From: Candidatus Aminicenantes bacterium
Lineage (GTDB): Bacteria; Acidobacteriota; Aminicenantia; Aminicenantales; Aminicenantaceae
Assembly (NCBI GenBank): GCA_030670375.1
Contig: DAOVBT010000001.1
Span: forward strand, 1 to 36,343
Reading direction: 5' to 3'
Length of the DNA stretch: 36,343 nt
Position numbers and translations under genes: made by a program
Shown here: in pieces, positions 19,194-27,377 of the stretch
Numbering within the stretch: position 1 is the stretch's first letter
Layout of the letters: each line of letters opens with the position of its first letter
Notes under the pieces: model-generated
What the model was told of the DNA's origin: nothing
Databases searched by the model: none
The model's input: the letters and a program-made list of their open reading frames with translations, nothing else

Positions 19194-19222
19194 TTGACAA
19201 CAGGTTGGCTAAATTTTAAAAT
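19194..19222 (+). promoter_or_regulatory. sigma70-type promoter for recJ
   Basis: TTGACA (19194-19199), 17-nt spacer, TAAAAT (19217-19222), about 75 nt upstream of the recJ ATG. Confidence 0.65.
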
Positions 19223-19296
19223 CATTCACCTTTATCTAATAAGAATGGTTATTCTGGCGGTTTTGATCGAGTCATGCGACTAAAGGAAAAAAGATC

Positions 19297-20991
19297 ATGA
19301 GCGAAACGGGTTGGATTTTAAATCCGATTTCTGAAAAAGCAAAAAACCTTTCTGCAACCATGGATATACCCCTTGAGGCCGCACAAATCCTTGTGAATAG
19401 AGGGATCGATCAAGCCGAACAAATCCATCAATTTCTGTATGGGACGATGAGTGACCTTCATGACCCCTACCTGATGGACGGGATGAAAGATGCTGTCCGG
19501 AGAATCCGGAAAGCCATATCTCATCAGGAGAAAATTCTGATATTTGGCGATTATGATGTGGATGGCATCCTATCCGTAGTGACGCTTTCCAAAGCATTGG
19601 CGTCTTTGGGAGGCAAGGTTGATTTCTTTATTCCCGATAGATTGAAAGAAGGATATGGTCTTAAAGAGAAGTATATCGATTTGGTAGAGCAAAGAAACGC
19701 GGGTGTAGTGATAAGTGTGGACTGTGGAGTGAAAGCCGTGGCATTTGTGGAAAAAGCCAGACAAAAGGGTATTGATGTGATTATTACGGATCACCATCAG
19801 CCTGGGGCATCCCTTCCTAGGGCTGTAGCTATCTTGAATCCAGCCATACCGAATTCAGGGTACCCGTTTAAAAAATTAGCGGGAGTAGGAGTGGTCTTTA
19901 AACTCATTCAGGCCCTTTTGGACGGCGATCCAAGATCCTCTCAACTTCCCCACTACCTTAAGCTGGTATCCATTGGGACGGTAGCGGATATTGCCGAACT
20001 CAAGGACGAAAACAGGATATTTGTCAAGTTTGGGCTCAAGGCTTTGGAGAGTGTGAAAAACATCGGATTGAAAAAATTGATGGATTCTTGTGGCGTCAAA
20101 CAGAGAAGTGTGTCTGTGGGAGATGTGGGTTTTAGGATCGGCCCACGGATCAATGCTGCTGGGCGTATGGGCATGACGGATCTTGCTGTGCGTCTCTTTT
20201 TTGCCGATTCCTCACATGAAGTGGAGGATATAACACGGGAATTAGAAAGGCTGAATTCCCGAAGACAAAGAATCGAAGAAAAAGTTTTTAACCAGGCAAG
20301 AGGCCTTGTTGAACGGAGAGCGCTGGATAATCGATACAAGTTATTGATATTGGGTTGTGAAGAATGGCACAGGGGAGTCATCGGGATCGTGGCTTCTAAG
20401 ATCAAGGACGTCTTTTATCGACCGGTCGTCCTGTTTGCATATGAAGACGGAAGGGCTTTTGGGTCCGGTCGAAGCATACGCGACTTTTCTCTCATCAATT
20501 GTTTGGATGAAAATAAAGATCTTTTCCATAACTATGGTGGACACACCATGGCCGTTGGTTGTGAGCTAGATCACCGAGATATGGCAAGTTTCAAGGACCA
20601 TATCAACACCTATGTCCATTCGCGGATCACAGAGGAGCAGTTGAAAAGAAAAATCCGCATAGATGCAAGGATTGATTTTGAGGATATCAATAGGGCCATC
20701 CTCGATATCTTATCCTTGCTTTCCCCGTTTGGAATGGGAAATCCTAAACCTGTTTTTTTAACTGAAAAGGCCGAGATAGTCGCCCCGCCAAAAAAAATCC
20801 AGGGCAGACACAGTAAATTTCTTGTCCAGAAGAACGGCAAGATCTTCGAATCAATCGGTTGGAGAAAGGGAGAATGGGCAGATGAGCTTTGGGCAGGGGA
20901 TAGGGTCGATTTGGTTTATTCGCTGATGACATCGGAGTATTTAGGAGAAGAAAGGGTGACGCTCTCTCTCGAAGATATAAAAAAAGCGTAA
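19297..20991 (+). CDS. recJ: single-stranded-DNA-specific exonuclease RecJ
   Basis: 564 aa with DHH motifs (GDYDVDG, DCG, ITDHH) and DHHA1 (GGH..A.G). Confidence 0.95.
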   Translation: MSETGWILNPISEKAKNLSATMDIPLEAAQILVNRGIDQAEQIHQFLYGTMSDLHDPYLMDGMKDAVRRIRKAISHQEKILIFGDYDVDGILSVVTLSKALASLGGKVDFFIPDRLKEGYGLKEKYIDLVEQRNAGVVISVDCGVKAVAFVEKARQKGIDVIITDHHQPGASLPRAVAILNPAIPNSGYPFKKLAGVGVVFKLIQALLDGDPRSSQLPHYLKLVSIGTVADIAELKDENRIFVKFGLKALESVKNIGLKKLMDSCGVKQRSVSVGDVGFRIGPRINAAGRMGMTDLAVRLFFADSSHEVEDITRELERLNSRRQRIEEKVFNQARGLVERRALDNRYKLLILGCEEWHRGVIGIVASKIKDVFYRPVVLFAYEDGRAFGSGRSIRDFSLINCLDENKDLFHNYGGHTMAVGCELDHRDMASFKDHINTYVHSRITEEQLKRKIRIDARIDFEDINRAILDILSLLSPFGMGNPKPVFLTEKAEIVAPPKKIQGRHSKFLVQKNGKIFESIGWRKGEWADELWAGDRVDLVYSLMTSEYLGEERVTLSLEDIKKA

Positions 20992-20997
20992 TAAAAT

Positions 20998-21034
20998 CCT
21001 CCCAGGCGACGCAGGATTGGGAGGCATCTTTTTT
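20998..21034 (+). terminator. rho-independent terminator of recJ
   Basis: CCTCCCA (20998-21004) pairs with TGGGAGG (21018-21024) and is followed by catcTTTTTT (T-run 21029-21034). It starts 7 nt after the recJ stop. Confidence 0.75.
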
Positions 21035-21247
21035 CCCTTGATCTCAAAAGACTCTATATAGGCTTTTAGGAATGGTTTTGCTCCCGTGAAGATTTTTGTC
21101 GTGCTCAATACATCCTCGCCATCTTACCCCGTCAGATTCCCTCGAAGAGCAACCTGTTAAGAAGGCTTGGTTAGGTTGGGACGGGGTCTTCAATGGTCGC
21201 TTCAACCATCCCCAATAGCCCTATTTATCACGAAAAAAAAGATGCTT
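21033..21247 (+). repeat. bipartite conserved intergenic element, copy B (same two modules separated by a 111-nt structured insert)
   Basis: 5' module 21033-21075, insert 21076-21186, 3' module 21187-21247. Same orientation as copy A. It begins directly after the recJ terminator T-run. Confidence 0.85.
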
Positions 21248-21265
21248 ACGGAGAATTGCGGGAAG

Positions 21266-21295
21266 AGGACATCAACCCCTGTTTTAAGGTATAAT
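21266..21295 (+). promoter_or_regulatory. candidate sigma70 promoter for the lptC/A-like-lptB-rpoN operon
   Basis: AGGACA (21266-21271), 18-nt spacer, TATAAT (21290-21295), 24 nt upstream of ATG 21319. Confidence 0.45.
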
Positions 21296-21318
21296 TAACA
21301 AATAAGAGATAAGATCCT

Positions 21319-23214
21319 ATGGGAAAAACAAAACTCCAACCCCACCATACCCTTAGGTTTATCAGCGCAGGAGTGCTTGTTGTTGTCCTGATCGCCATCG
21401 CAATCAGTTTTCTGACCCGATCCAAGAGACAAGTCAAGGTTCCTGAAATCGCCGCGGAATTGGAAGAACAAAAGATCGACAAGAAGGAAGGGCTGGAAGT
21501 TCGTGGGATGAAGGGAGACAAAGAGGCCTTCAATATTACTGCCGATAAACATTATATAGGAGAGGACAACCTTTATCATCTGGAAGGAAATGTCAGGATT
21601 TCTTTGCCAAATAGAATCGAAGGAGAAGATGTTATCATCCGGGGAGAAAAAGTCATCCATGACTCAGAGTGGTCCTTTTTTTGGCTTCAGGGGCAGGCGA
21701 CGGTTGAGTCCAAGGACCTTGTCATGGAGTCTTCTGTTTTTGAATATTATGCCAAAAAAGGCGTTTTTAAAAGCGATCAGATGATCCGATTTTCTTCAGG
21801 GACGATCTCAGGATCGGCTCAGATGTGTGATTATTTTCTCAGGCAGAAAAAGGCCGAGTTGCGAGGGGAAGTACACTTGAAACTCCTACCCAGCCTGGAG
21901 ACGTCTGTTCCTGTTGAGATCGACACAGAGTACTTCGAGTACAATATCGGAAAAGGCCGCGGGAAGGCAGAAGGCGGAGTCGAACTCACACATGGAAGGA
22001 GCCATGCCACTGCCGGTCTTCTGGAGCTTGTGCTTTCTGCCAGTCGTGAACAGATTAAATCTCTGTTTTTGAAGGAAAGGGTGAAAATTTCCCTTGTGGA
22101 TGAGTTCCGTGAAGTTAGGTCTTTTTCTGACCAAGCAGCTCTTGCTTTGCATGGTGACAGATGCCAGATGGAAGCGGACGAGATTCTCATCAAGGGATAT
22201 GTAGAATCGCCTCAGGTCAAGAGTCTCGAAGCATCCGGAGAGTGTTTATTCCGGTTTATCTCTGAAACGGGAAGTTACACTCAAATCGAAGGAAAAGAAA
22301 TCATCTTTGACATGACTAAAGATGGGAGTCTAAAGAATCTGGTTGTAAACAGAGATGCAAAGATTTCTGAGGAAGACAAGGAAAAGGGATCCCCTCGATA
22401 CATTGAAGGCCAGAGAGTGCAAATCCAAGGGGATAAAAAGCTTCTTTTAGTCGAAGGGAAGGATACCTTAAAGGCCAGAATATGGTCGAAAGATTCAGAG
22501 ATCACGGCACAAGAGATAAGCCTCTTTCTTGAGAACAACAATATGGAAGCCAACAAAGACACAAAGGTTATCATCTATCCGAAGGAAAAGTCCCAGGATG
22601 CAGTCGGTTTTTTTTCCGAGGAAAATCCTGTTTTTATTACAGCGACGGATATGAGATATTCCGAGGACCATAAACGTTTTAGTTTTAGTGGAGGGACCAA
22701 GATCTGGCAGATGAAGGAGACAATTAAAGCCCAGGAGATGTTTCTGGGTGCTGAGACAGGAGCCATTCGGGCTTGGGGTAGTGTCGAGTCTGTTCTGCCC
22801 TATCGACCCAAAGGAAAAGAAGAGGAGGAAAATGTTCGGATAGAATCTTCTGCGATGGAGTATAATCCTGAAAAAAACATGATCGTATATAGAGAGAAAG
22901 TCAAGCTCAAAGCGAGGGATGTCGTTCTGACAGCCAAACTTCTGACGATAGTTTTGGAGAAGGAATCGGGAGACATGGTAAACATCGTGGCCCGCGACAA
23001 AGTCGTCGTTAAACAAAAGACGTATGAGGGCCATGGTGATGAGGCAAGATTTGATGTCAAGGAAGAAATTATCACGGTTGTCGGAAATCCGGTTTTGATC
23101 GATAAAGATAAGGGGAGAACAGAGGGTGGCAAATTGACTTTCTTTATGGCCGATGGTAGAATCGTGTTTGAAAATAAGGACAGAGAAAGATCCGTTACCG
23201 TCATTAAATTTTGA
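21319..23214 (+). CDS. large membrane-anchored LptC/LptA (OstA-like) domain protein
   Basis: 631 aa with an N-terminal TM (ISAGVLVVVLIAIAISFL). The remainder is beta-rich repeated segments whose N-part resembles LptC and whose C-terminus (GHGDEARFDVKEEIITVVGNPVLIDKDKGRTEGGKLTFFMADGRIVFE) resembles LptA. It lies 3 nt upstream of lptB, where lptC and lptA normally sit. Confidence 0.65.
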   Translation: MGKTKLQPHHTLRFISAGVLVVVLIAIAISFLTRSKRQVKVPEIAAELEEQKIDKKEGLEVRGMKGDKEAFNITADKHYIGEDNLYHLEGNVRISLPNRIEGEDVIIRGEKVIHDSEWSFFWLQGQATVESKDLVMESSVFEYYAKKGVFKSDQMIRFSSGTISGSAQMCDYFLRQKKAELRGEVHLKLLPSLETSVPVEIDTEYFEYNIGKGRGKAEGGVELTHGRSHATAGLLELVLSASREQIKSLFLKERVKISLVDEFREVRSFSDQAALALHGDRCQMEADEILIKGYVESPQVKSLEASGECLFRFISETGSYTQIEGKEIIFDMTKDGSLKNLVVNRDAKISEEDKEKGSPRYIEGQRVQIQGDKKLLLVEGKDTLKARIWSKDSEITAQEISLFLENNNMEANKDTKVIIYPKEKSQDAVGFFSEENPVFITATDMRYSEDHKRFSFSGGTKIWQMKETIKAQEMFLGAETGAIRAWGSVESVLPYRPKGKEEEENVRIESSAMEYNPEKNMIVYREKVKLKARDVVLTAKLLTIVLEKESGDMVNIVARDKVVVKQKTYEGHGDEARFDVKEEIITVVGNPVLIDKDKGRTEGGKLTFFMADGRIVFENKDRERSVTVIKF

Positions 23215-23217
23215 ATC

Positions 23218-23946
23218 ATGAATAGGCGTTTGGAAGCGGTTGGGCTGACGAAATTCTACCATAAAAAAGAAGTGGTCTCGGATGTGTCAATCACGGTGGA
23301 TAGAGGCGAAGTTGTCGGACTTTTAGGCCCGAATGGAGCCGGCAAGACAACAACTTTTTCCTTAATACTCGGGCTCATCCATCAAGATGCCGGACAGATT
23401 TTTCTAGGTGGTGAAGAGATTACAGGATTGCCGATGTATATCAGAGCAAGGAAGGGACTGTGTCTCCTTCCTCAGGAATCTTCAGCGTTCCGAAAACTCA
23501 GCGTGGAGGACAATCTGTTGTCCATCGTGGAAAGCATGCCTGAAGGTCTACTTAAGGGGAATGGGAATCTGAAAGAGGTCCTGAATGAGCTTGGATTAAC
23601 AAAACTGACAAATGTGAAAGCCTTTACTTTGTCAGGTGGAGAGCGAAGGAGGTTAGAAATCGCAAGGGCCCTCGTTACAAATCCAGAATTTATTCTCTTG
23701 GATGAGCCGTTCACAGGAATCGACCCGCTGGCCATTCTTGATCTGCAAGACATCATTCTTACCCTCAAGGAAAAGGGAATCGGGGTGCTTATCACTGATC
23801 ATAGTGTCAGAGAAACACTGAAGGTTACAGCCCGTGCCTATATCATCGATAAAGGGAAAATCCTGGCCCAGGGGACCCCCGACCAGCTCATTTCTTCCGA
23901 GGAAGTCAAAAAAACATATCTGGGGGAAGAATTTGATCTCGATTGA
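23218..23946 (+). CDS. lptB: LPS export ABC transporter ATP-binding protein LptB
   Basis: 242 aa with Walker A GPNGAGKTT, LSGGERRRLEIARAL and LLDEPF. The lptB-rpoN synteny supports the call. Confidence 0.93.
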   Translation: MNRRLEAVGLTKFYHKKEVVSDVSITVDRGEVVGLLGPNGAGKTTTFSLILGLIHQDAGQIFLGGEEITGLPMYIRARKGLCLLPQESSAFRKLSVEDNLLSIVESMPEGLLKGNGNLKEVLNELGLTKLTNVKAFTLSGGERRRLEIARALVTNPEFILLDEPFTGIDPLAILDLQDIILTLKEKGIGVLITDHSVRETLKVTARAYIIDKGKILAQGTPDQLISSEEVKKTYLGEEFDLD

Positions 23947-23974
23947 TCGGAGAACCTCGAGGCGAGAGGAATAA

Positions 23975-25456
23975 ATGGCCATGAAACTGCAACTTCATCA
24001 GAAACAGGTGCAGAAGCTTATCCTGGCGCCTGCTCTCCAACAAGCGATAAAGCTTCTCCCCTTGACAAACTTGGAACTCATCGAAATCATCGATGAAGAA
24101 CTCTCGCAAAATCCCATGCTGGAGATAGAGGAAGAAACGGCCGAAAAGAAGACAGAAGGATCCGATGAGGAAACAGGGGAAAAGGAAGGAGCGGAGAAAA
24201 GCAAAGAAATCAAGAGTGAAACGGATGAGGAGGTCATAAGCGATTCTCAAGCGAGAGAAGAGGATCAAGAGATCGAAGCCTATTTTCAGCAATATTTCGA
24301 CGAAGGGTTTCGATCGCTGTCGTACGAAAAAAAGGAAAGCATAGCCCTTGAAAATTTCGTGTCCAAAAGCCAGTCTCTCTGGGATCACTTGGACTGGCAA
24401 GCCAACCTGACATTTTTTGAAAAAAAGGATAAAGAAATTGCCCAGTATATCATCGGAAACATAAACGAGGACGGCTATCTCACCACTTCCCTCGAAGAGA
24501 TCGCGAGAGCCATGGATACATCCGAGGAAAGAGTCAGTCAGGTTCGGGAAAAAATCATGAGGTTTGATCCTGTCGGGGTGGGGAGCCTATCGGTCCAAGA
24601 GGCCCTTTTGGTCCAAATGGAATATTTTGAAATAAAGGATGATATCACCCAAAAAATCGTCAGTCAGCATATTCATCTTTTGGAAAAGTCAGATTTTGCT
24701 CAGGTGGCCAAGGAATTGGGGATTTCTCTCGGAGAGGTCAAACCTCATATCGAAGTGATAAAAAATTTGGATCCTACACCGGGAAGAAAATACAGCCAAG
24801 AAAAAACTTTTTATGTAACTCCCGATATCATCGTGACCAAAGAAGGTGATGAACTGAGAATCAACCTCAATGATGAAGGTCTGCCACGGTTAAGGGTGAA
24901 TACTTTCTACAAGAAGCTCCTAACCAAGGCTTCGAAGGAAAACCCTGAAGCCTACCTGTATTTGAAAGATAAGATGAAAAAGGCCTTTTGGTTTCTCAGA
25001 AGTTTGGATCAGAGAGATAGGACAATCTTTAAAGTGGCACGTTACATAGTGGACAAGCAAAAAGATTTTATAGAAAAAGGGATGGAATATATCAAAGCCT
25101 TGACTTTGATCGAGTTGGCTCAAGAAATCGGGGTTCATGAATCGACGGTAGGACGGGTGGTGGCAAACAAATACATCATGACTCCTCGAGGTGTTTTTTC
25201 ACTCAAATATTTTTTTCACAAATCCCTTTCTGGGGATTTTGGAGAGGAAATTTCTTCTCTGAGGGTTAAAGAGAGGATCAAAAAGCTCGTGGAAAACGAA
25301 GATCGGAAGAATCCGCTGAGCGACATAGAGATCGAGAACATTCTGGCTAGAGAGAATTTTCGGATCGCCCGCCGAACAGTGGCCAAGTACCGGAAGCAGT
25401 TAAGAATCCCTCCATCACACCTCAGAAAAAGAAAATACTGGGTAGAGGAGGCTTGA
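23975..25456 (+). CDS. rpoN: RNA polymerase sigma-54 factor
   Basis: 493 aa with an acidic region II, a C-terminal HTH and the RpoN box ARRTVAKYR. Confidence 0.96.
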   Translation: MAMKLQLHQKQVQKLILAPALQQAIKLLPLTNLELIEIIDEELSQNPMLEIEEETAEKKTEGSDEETGEKEGAEKSKEIKSETDEEVISDSQAREEDQEIEAYFQQYFDEGFRSLSYEKKESIALENFVSKSQSLWDHLDWQANLTFFEKKDKEIAQYIIGNINEDGYLTTSLEEIARAMDTSEERVSQVREKIMRFDPVGVGSLSVQEALLVQMEYFEIKDDITQKIVSQHIHLLEKSDFAQVAKELGISLGEVKPHIEVIKNLDPTPGRKYSQEKTFYVTPDIIVTKEGDELRINLNDEGLPRLRVNTFYKKLLTKASKENPEAYLYLKDKMKKAFWFLRSLDQRDRTIFKVARYIVDKQKDFIEKGMEYIKALTLIELAQEIGVHESTVGRVVANKYIMTPRGVFSLKYFFHKSLSGDFGEEISSLRVKERIKKLVENEDRKNPLSDIEIENILARENFRIARRTVAKYRKQLRIPPSHLRKRKYWVEEA

Positions 25457-25980
25457 TGAACATAAATTATACTGCTCGTCACACAAAAGTGTCAGAGGAA
25501 ATGAAGCAGTACTGTGAAAAAAAAATCCAATCGCTGGAGAAATTGCTGGGACATCCAATCGATGCGGATATTCTGGTATCGGTTGAAAAGTATAGGCAAA
25601 AAGTAGAGATCAACCTGAAAACAAAAATGGCAACGTTGAATACGGTCGAAGAAACGCACGACATGTCCAGCTCTCTAATCGGGGCATTTGATCACCTGGA
25701 AACGAGGGTTAAAAAGGAGAGGGAAAAACTCAGGGAAAGGAAACGGAGAAGGATCAGAGAAGCAGAAACCTATCCTTCTCTGATGGAAGAAGGAGACAGG
25801 CCGAAAAGAATGATTCGAAGCCGGAGTTATACAATGAAGCCACTGTCCATCGAAGAAGCACTCGTGCAACTGGATACCAGCAAGGAAGATGTCTTTCTGT
25901 TCCGGACATTGGAAACGGAGAGCTGGGCTGCTCTGTATCGACGCAAAGACGGGAATTATGGTTTAATAGAACCGAAATAA
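25453..25980 (+). CDS. hpf: ribosome hibernation-promoting factor (long HPF)
   Basis: 175 aa with an N-terminal S30AE/YfiA fold and a C-terminal dimerisation domain (...FRTLETESWAALYRRKDGNYGLIEP). ATGA overlaps the rpoN stop. Confidence 0.9.
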   Translation: MMNINYTARHTKVSEEMKQYCEKKIQSLEKLLGHPIDADILVSVEKYRQKVEINLKTKMATLNTVEETHDMSSSLIGAFDHLETRVKKEREKLRERKRRRIREAETYPSLMEEGDRPKRMIRSRSYTMKPLSIEEALVQLDTSKEDVFLFRTLETESWAALYRRKDGNYGLIEPK

Positions 25981-26002
25981 TGCATAGGATTGTGAGAAAG
26001 AA

Positions 26003-26473
26003 TTGAAAATCCAAAATTTGCTTATCCAAGATATGATCCTGATGGGATTGGAATCTGAAGAGAGGGAAGAAGTTCTTAAAGAGATGGTGGGTTTTCTGAA
26101 AAAACGAAACCGCATCATGAAGGAAAAGGATCTTTATGAAAAGCTGATCCAAAGAGAGCGATTGGGAAGCACGGCCATCGGTGAGGGTGTCGCTATTCCT
26201 CATTGCAAAATGAAAGGCATCAAGGATCCCGTTGTCATGCTGGCCGTCTCCACAAAGGGCGTCAATTTCCATTCCCTGGACGGAAAACCATCGCATCTTT
26301 TTTTCTTGGTGGCTTCTTCTCCTGACAACCCCAGTTTAAACCTCCAAATTCTTGCCGCTATTGCCCACCTCGTGCGGAAGGCGAATTCTCTTTTGAAAAA
26401 AATATTGGAGGCAAAAAATATTTTTGATATCCTGGAAATCATAAGGGAAGAAGAAGAGAAAATAAATGAATGA
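26003..26473 (+). CDS. ptsN: PTS EIIA-Ntr-type protein (fructose/nitrogen-family EIIA)
   Basis: 156 aa with a TTG start. The active-site region is GEGVAIPH. Position after rpoN-hpf is as in many proteobacteria-like genomes. Confidence 0.85.
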   Translation: MKIQNLLIQDMILMGLESEEREEVLKEMVGFLKKRNRIMKEKDLYEKLIQRERLGSTAIGEGVAIPHCKMKGIKDPVVMLAVSTKGVNFHSLDGKPSHLFFLVASSPDNPSLNLQILAAIAHLVRKANSLLKKILEAKNIFDILEIIREEEEKINE

Positions 26474-27377
26474 AGGAAGGGGAGATTCCCTTCAGGTCCG
26501 TCATTTCTACCAAAAGGCAAAGATACCCTTGGAGTTGCGTTCCGTTTCGGGGAGGACCGGATTTTTAAAAGCTATGAAGTTTTCTGAATCCCAGAGGAAT
26601 TCTTCTCCCGTGGAAGTGTGGGGAAGGAACGAAATTCAGAAAATAGAACGGATGTCTCGGAATCAAAGAAATACATTTATCCAGGACAGAATCCGCAATC
26701 TGCCCTGTCTTATCCTTACAGATGGCTTATCCTATCCTCAAGATGTCACCAAGAAGGCCAAAGAATGGCGAATCGCCCTATTTGCTACCGGACTCTCGAA
26801 GAGCAAGAGCAAGGCCCAGCTGAGGAAATTATTTTCTGGCTTCGAATCGCCAAAACATATTTTATCGGGAGGATTGCTCCATATTTTTGGACGCGGTGTG
26901 CTCATATTGGGTGACAGCGGCGTCGGCAAAAGCGAAAGTGCCTTAGAACTTATTTCGAGAGGACATCTTTTTGTGTCCGATGATATCGTCCAGATTCAAA
27001 AGGATCAGGATGGAAAATTGATCGGGTCGGCAGCATCTCTTTCGCGGAATTTTATGGAGATAAGAGGATTGGGAATTATCAATATCAAAAAGATATTTGG
27101 GGCTGGGTCCATCTGCAAGCAGACGAGGATCGATCTTGTCATCATGCTGAAAAAGTGGAAAGAGGGGAAAGAGTATGACCGCCTAGGCCTTAAATTTCCG
27201 GAGAATCAAAAAATCCTAGGCGTTGGTGTCCCCAAGATATCCATTCCTGTGGCGCCCGGAAGAAATATCGCCACTCTTATCGAGGTAGCCTGCAAAGTTT
27301 TCATACTGAAACAGAAGGGATATCATGCGGCCCTAGAGATTACGGAAAAATTGGACCGAGCTCTAGCGATTCGATGA
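26466..27377 (+). CDS. hprK: HPr kinase/phosphorylase
   Basis: 303 aa with P-loop GDSGVGKSE and LISRGH.FVSDD and EIRGLGIINI motifs. Confidence 0.92.
   Translation: MNEGRGDSLQVRHFYQKAKIPLELRSVSGRTGFLKAMKFSESQRNSSPVEVWGRNEIQKIERMSRNQRNTFIQDRIRNLPCLILTDGLSYPQDVTKKAKEWRIALFATGLSKSKSKAQLRKLFSGFESPKHILSGGLLHIFGRGVLILGDSGVGKSESALELISRGHLFVSDDIVQIQKDQDGKLIGSAASLSRNFMEIRGLGIINIKKIFGAGSICKQTRIDLVIMLKKWKEGKEYDRLGLKFPENQKILGVGVPKISIPVAPGRNIATLIEVACKVFILKQKGYHAALEITEKLDRALAIR

Noticed and set aside
19120-19197. Small ORFs starting inside the repeat 3' module: MVASTIPKSPIYHENKDANEWLRIG in copy A, and the parallel 33-aa MVASTIPNSPIYHEKKDAYGELREEDINPCFKV at 21193-21294 in copy B.
   Set aside because: - There is no Shine-Dalgarno sequence in front of either ATG.
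- The peptides diverge completely once the nucleotide repeat ends.
- Only 1 of 3 in-module substitutions is synonymous.
- The conservation extends equally over the 5' module, which has no ORF.
19062-21247. Integron-cassette idea: recJ as a cassette flanked by attC-like imperfect palindromes with a variable central region.
   Set aside because: - There are no RYYYAAC/GTTRRRY core sites at the element ends.
- No intI or attI is in the window.
- recJ is a core gene with its own promoter and terminator.
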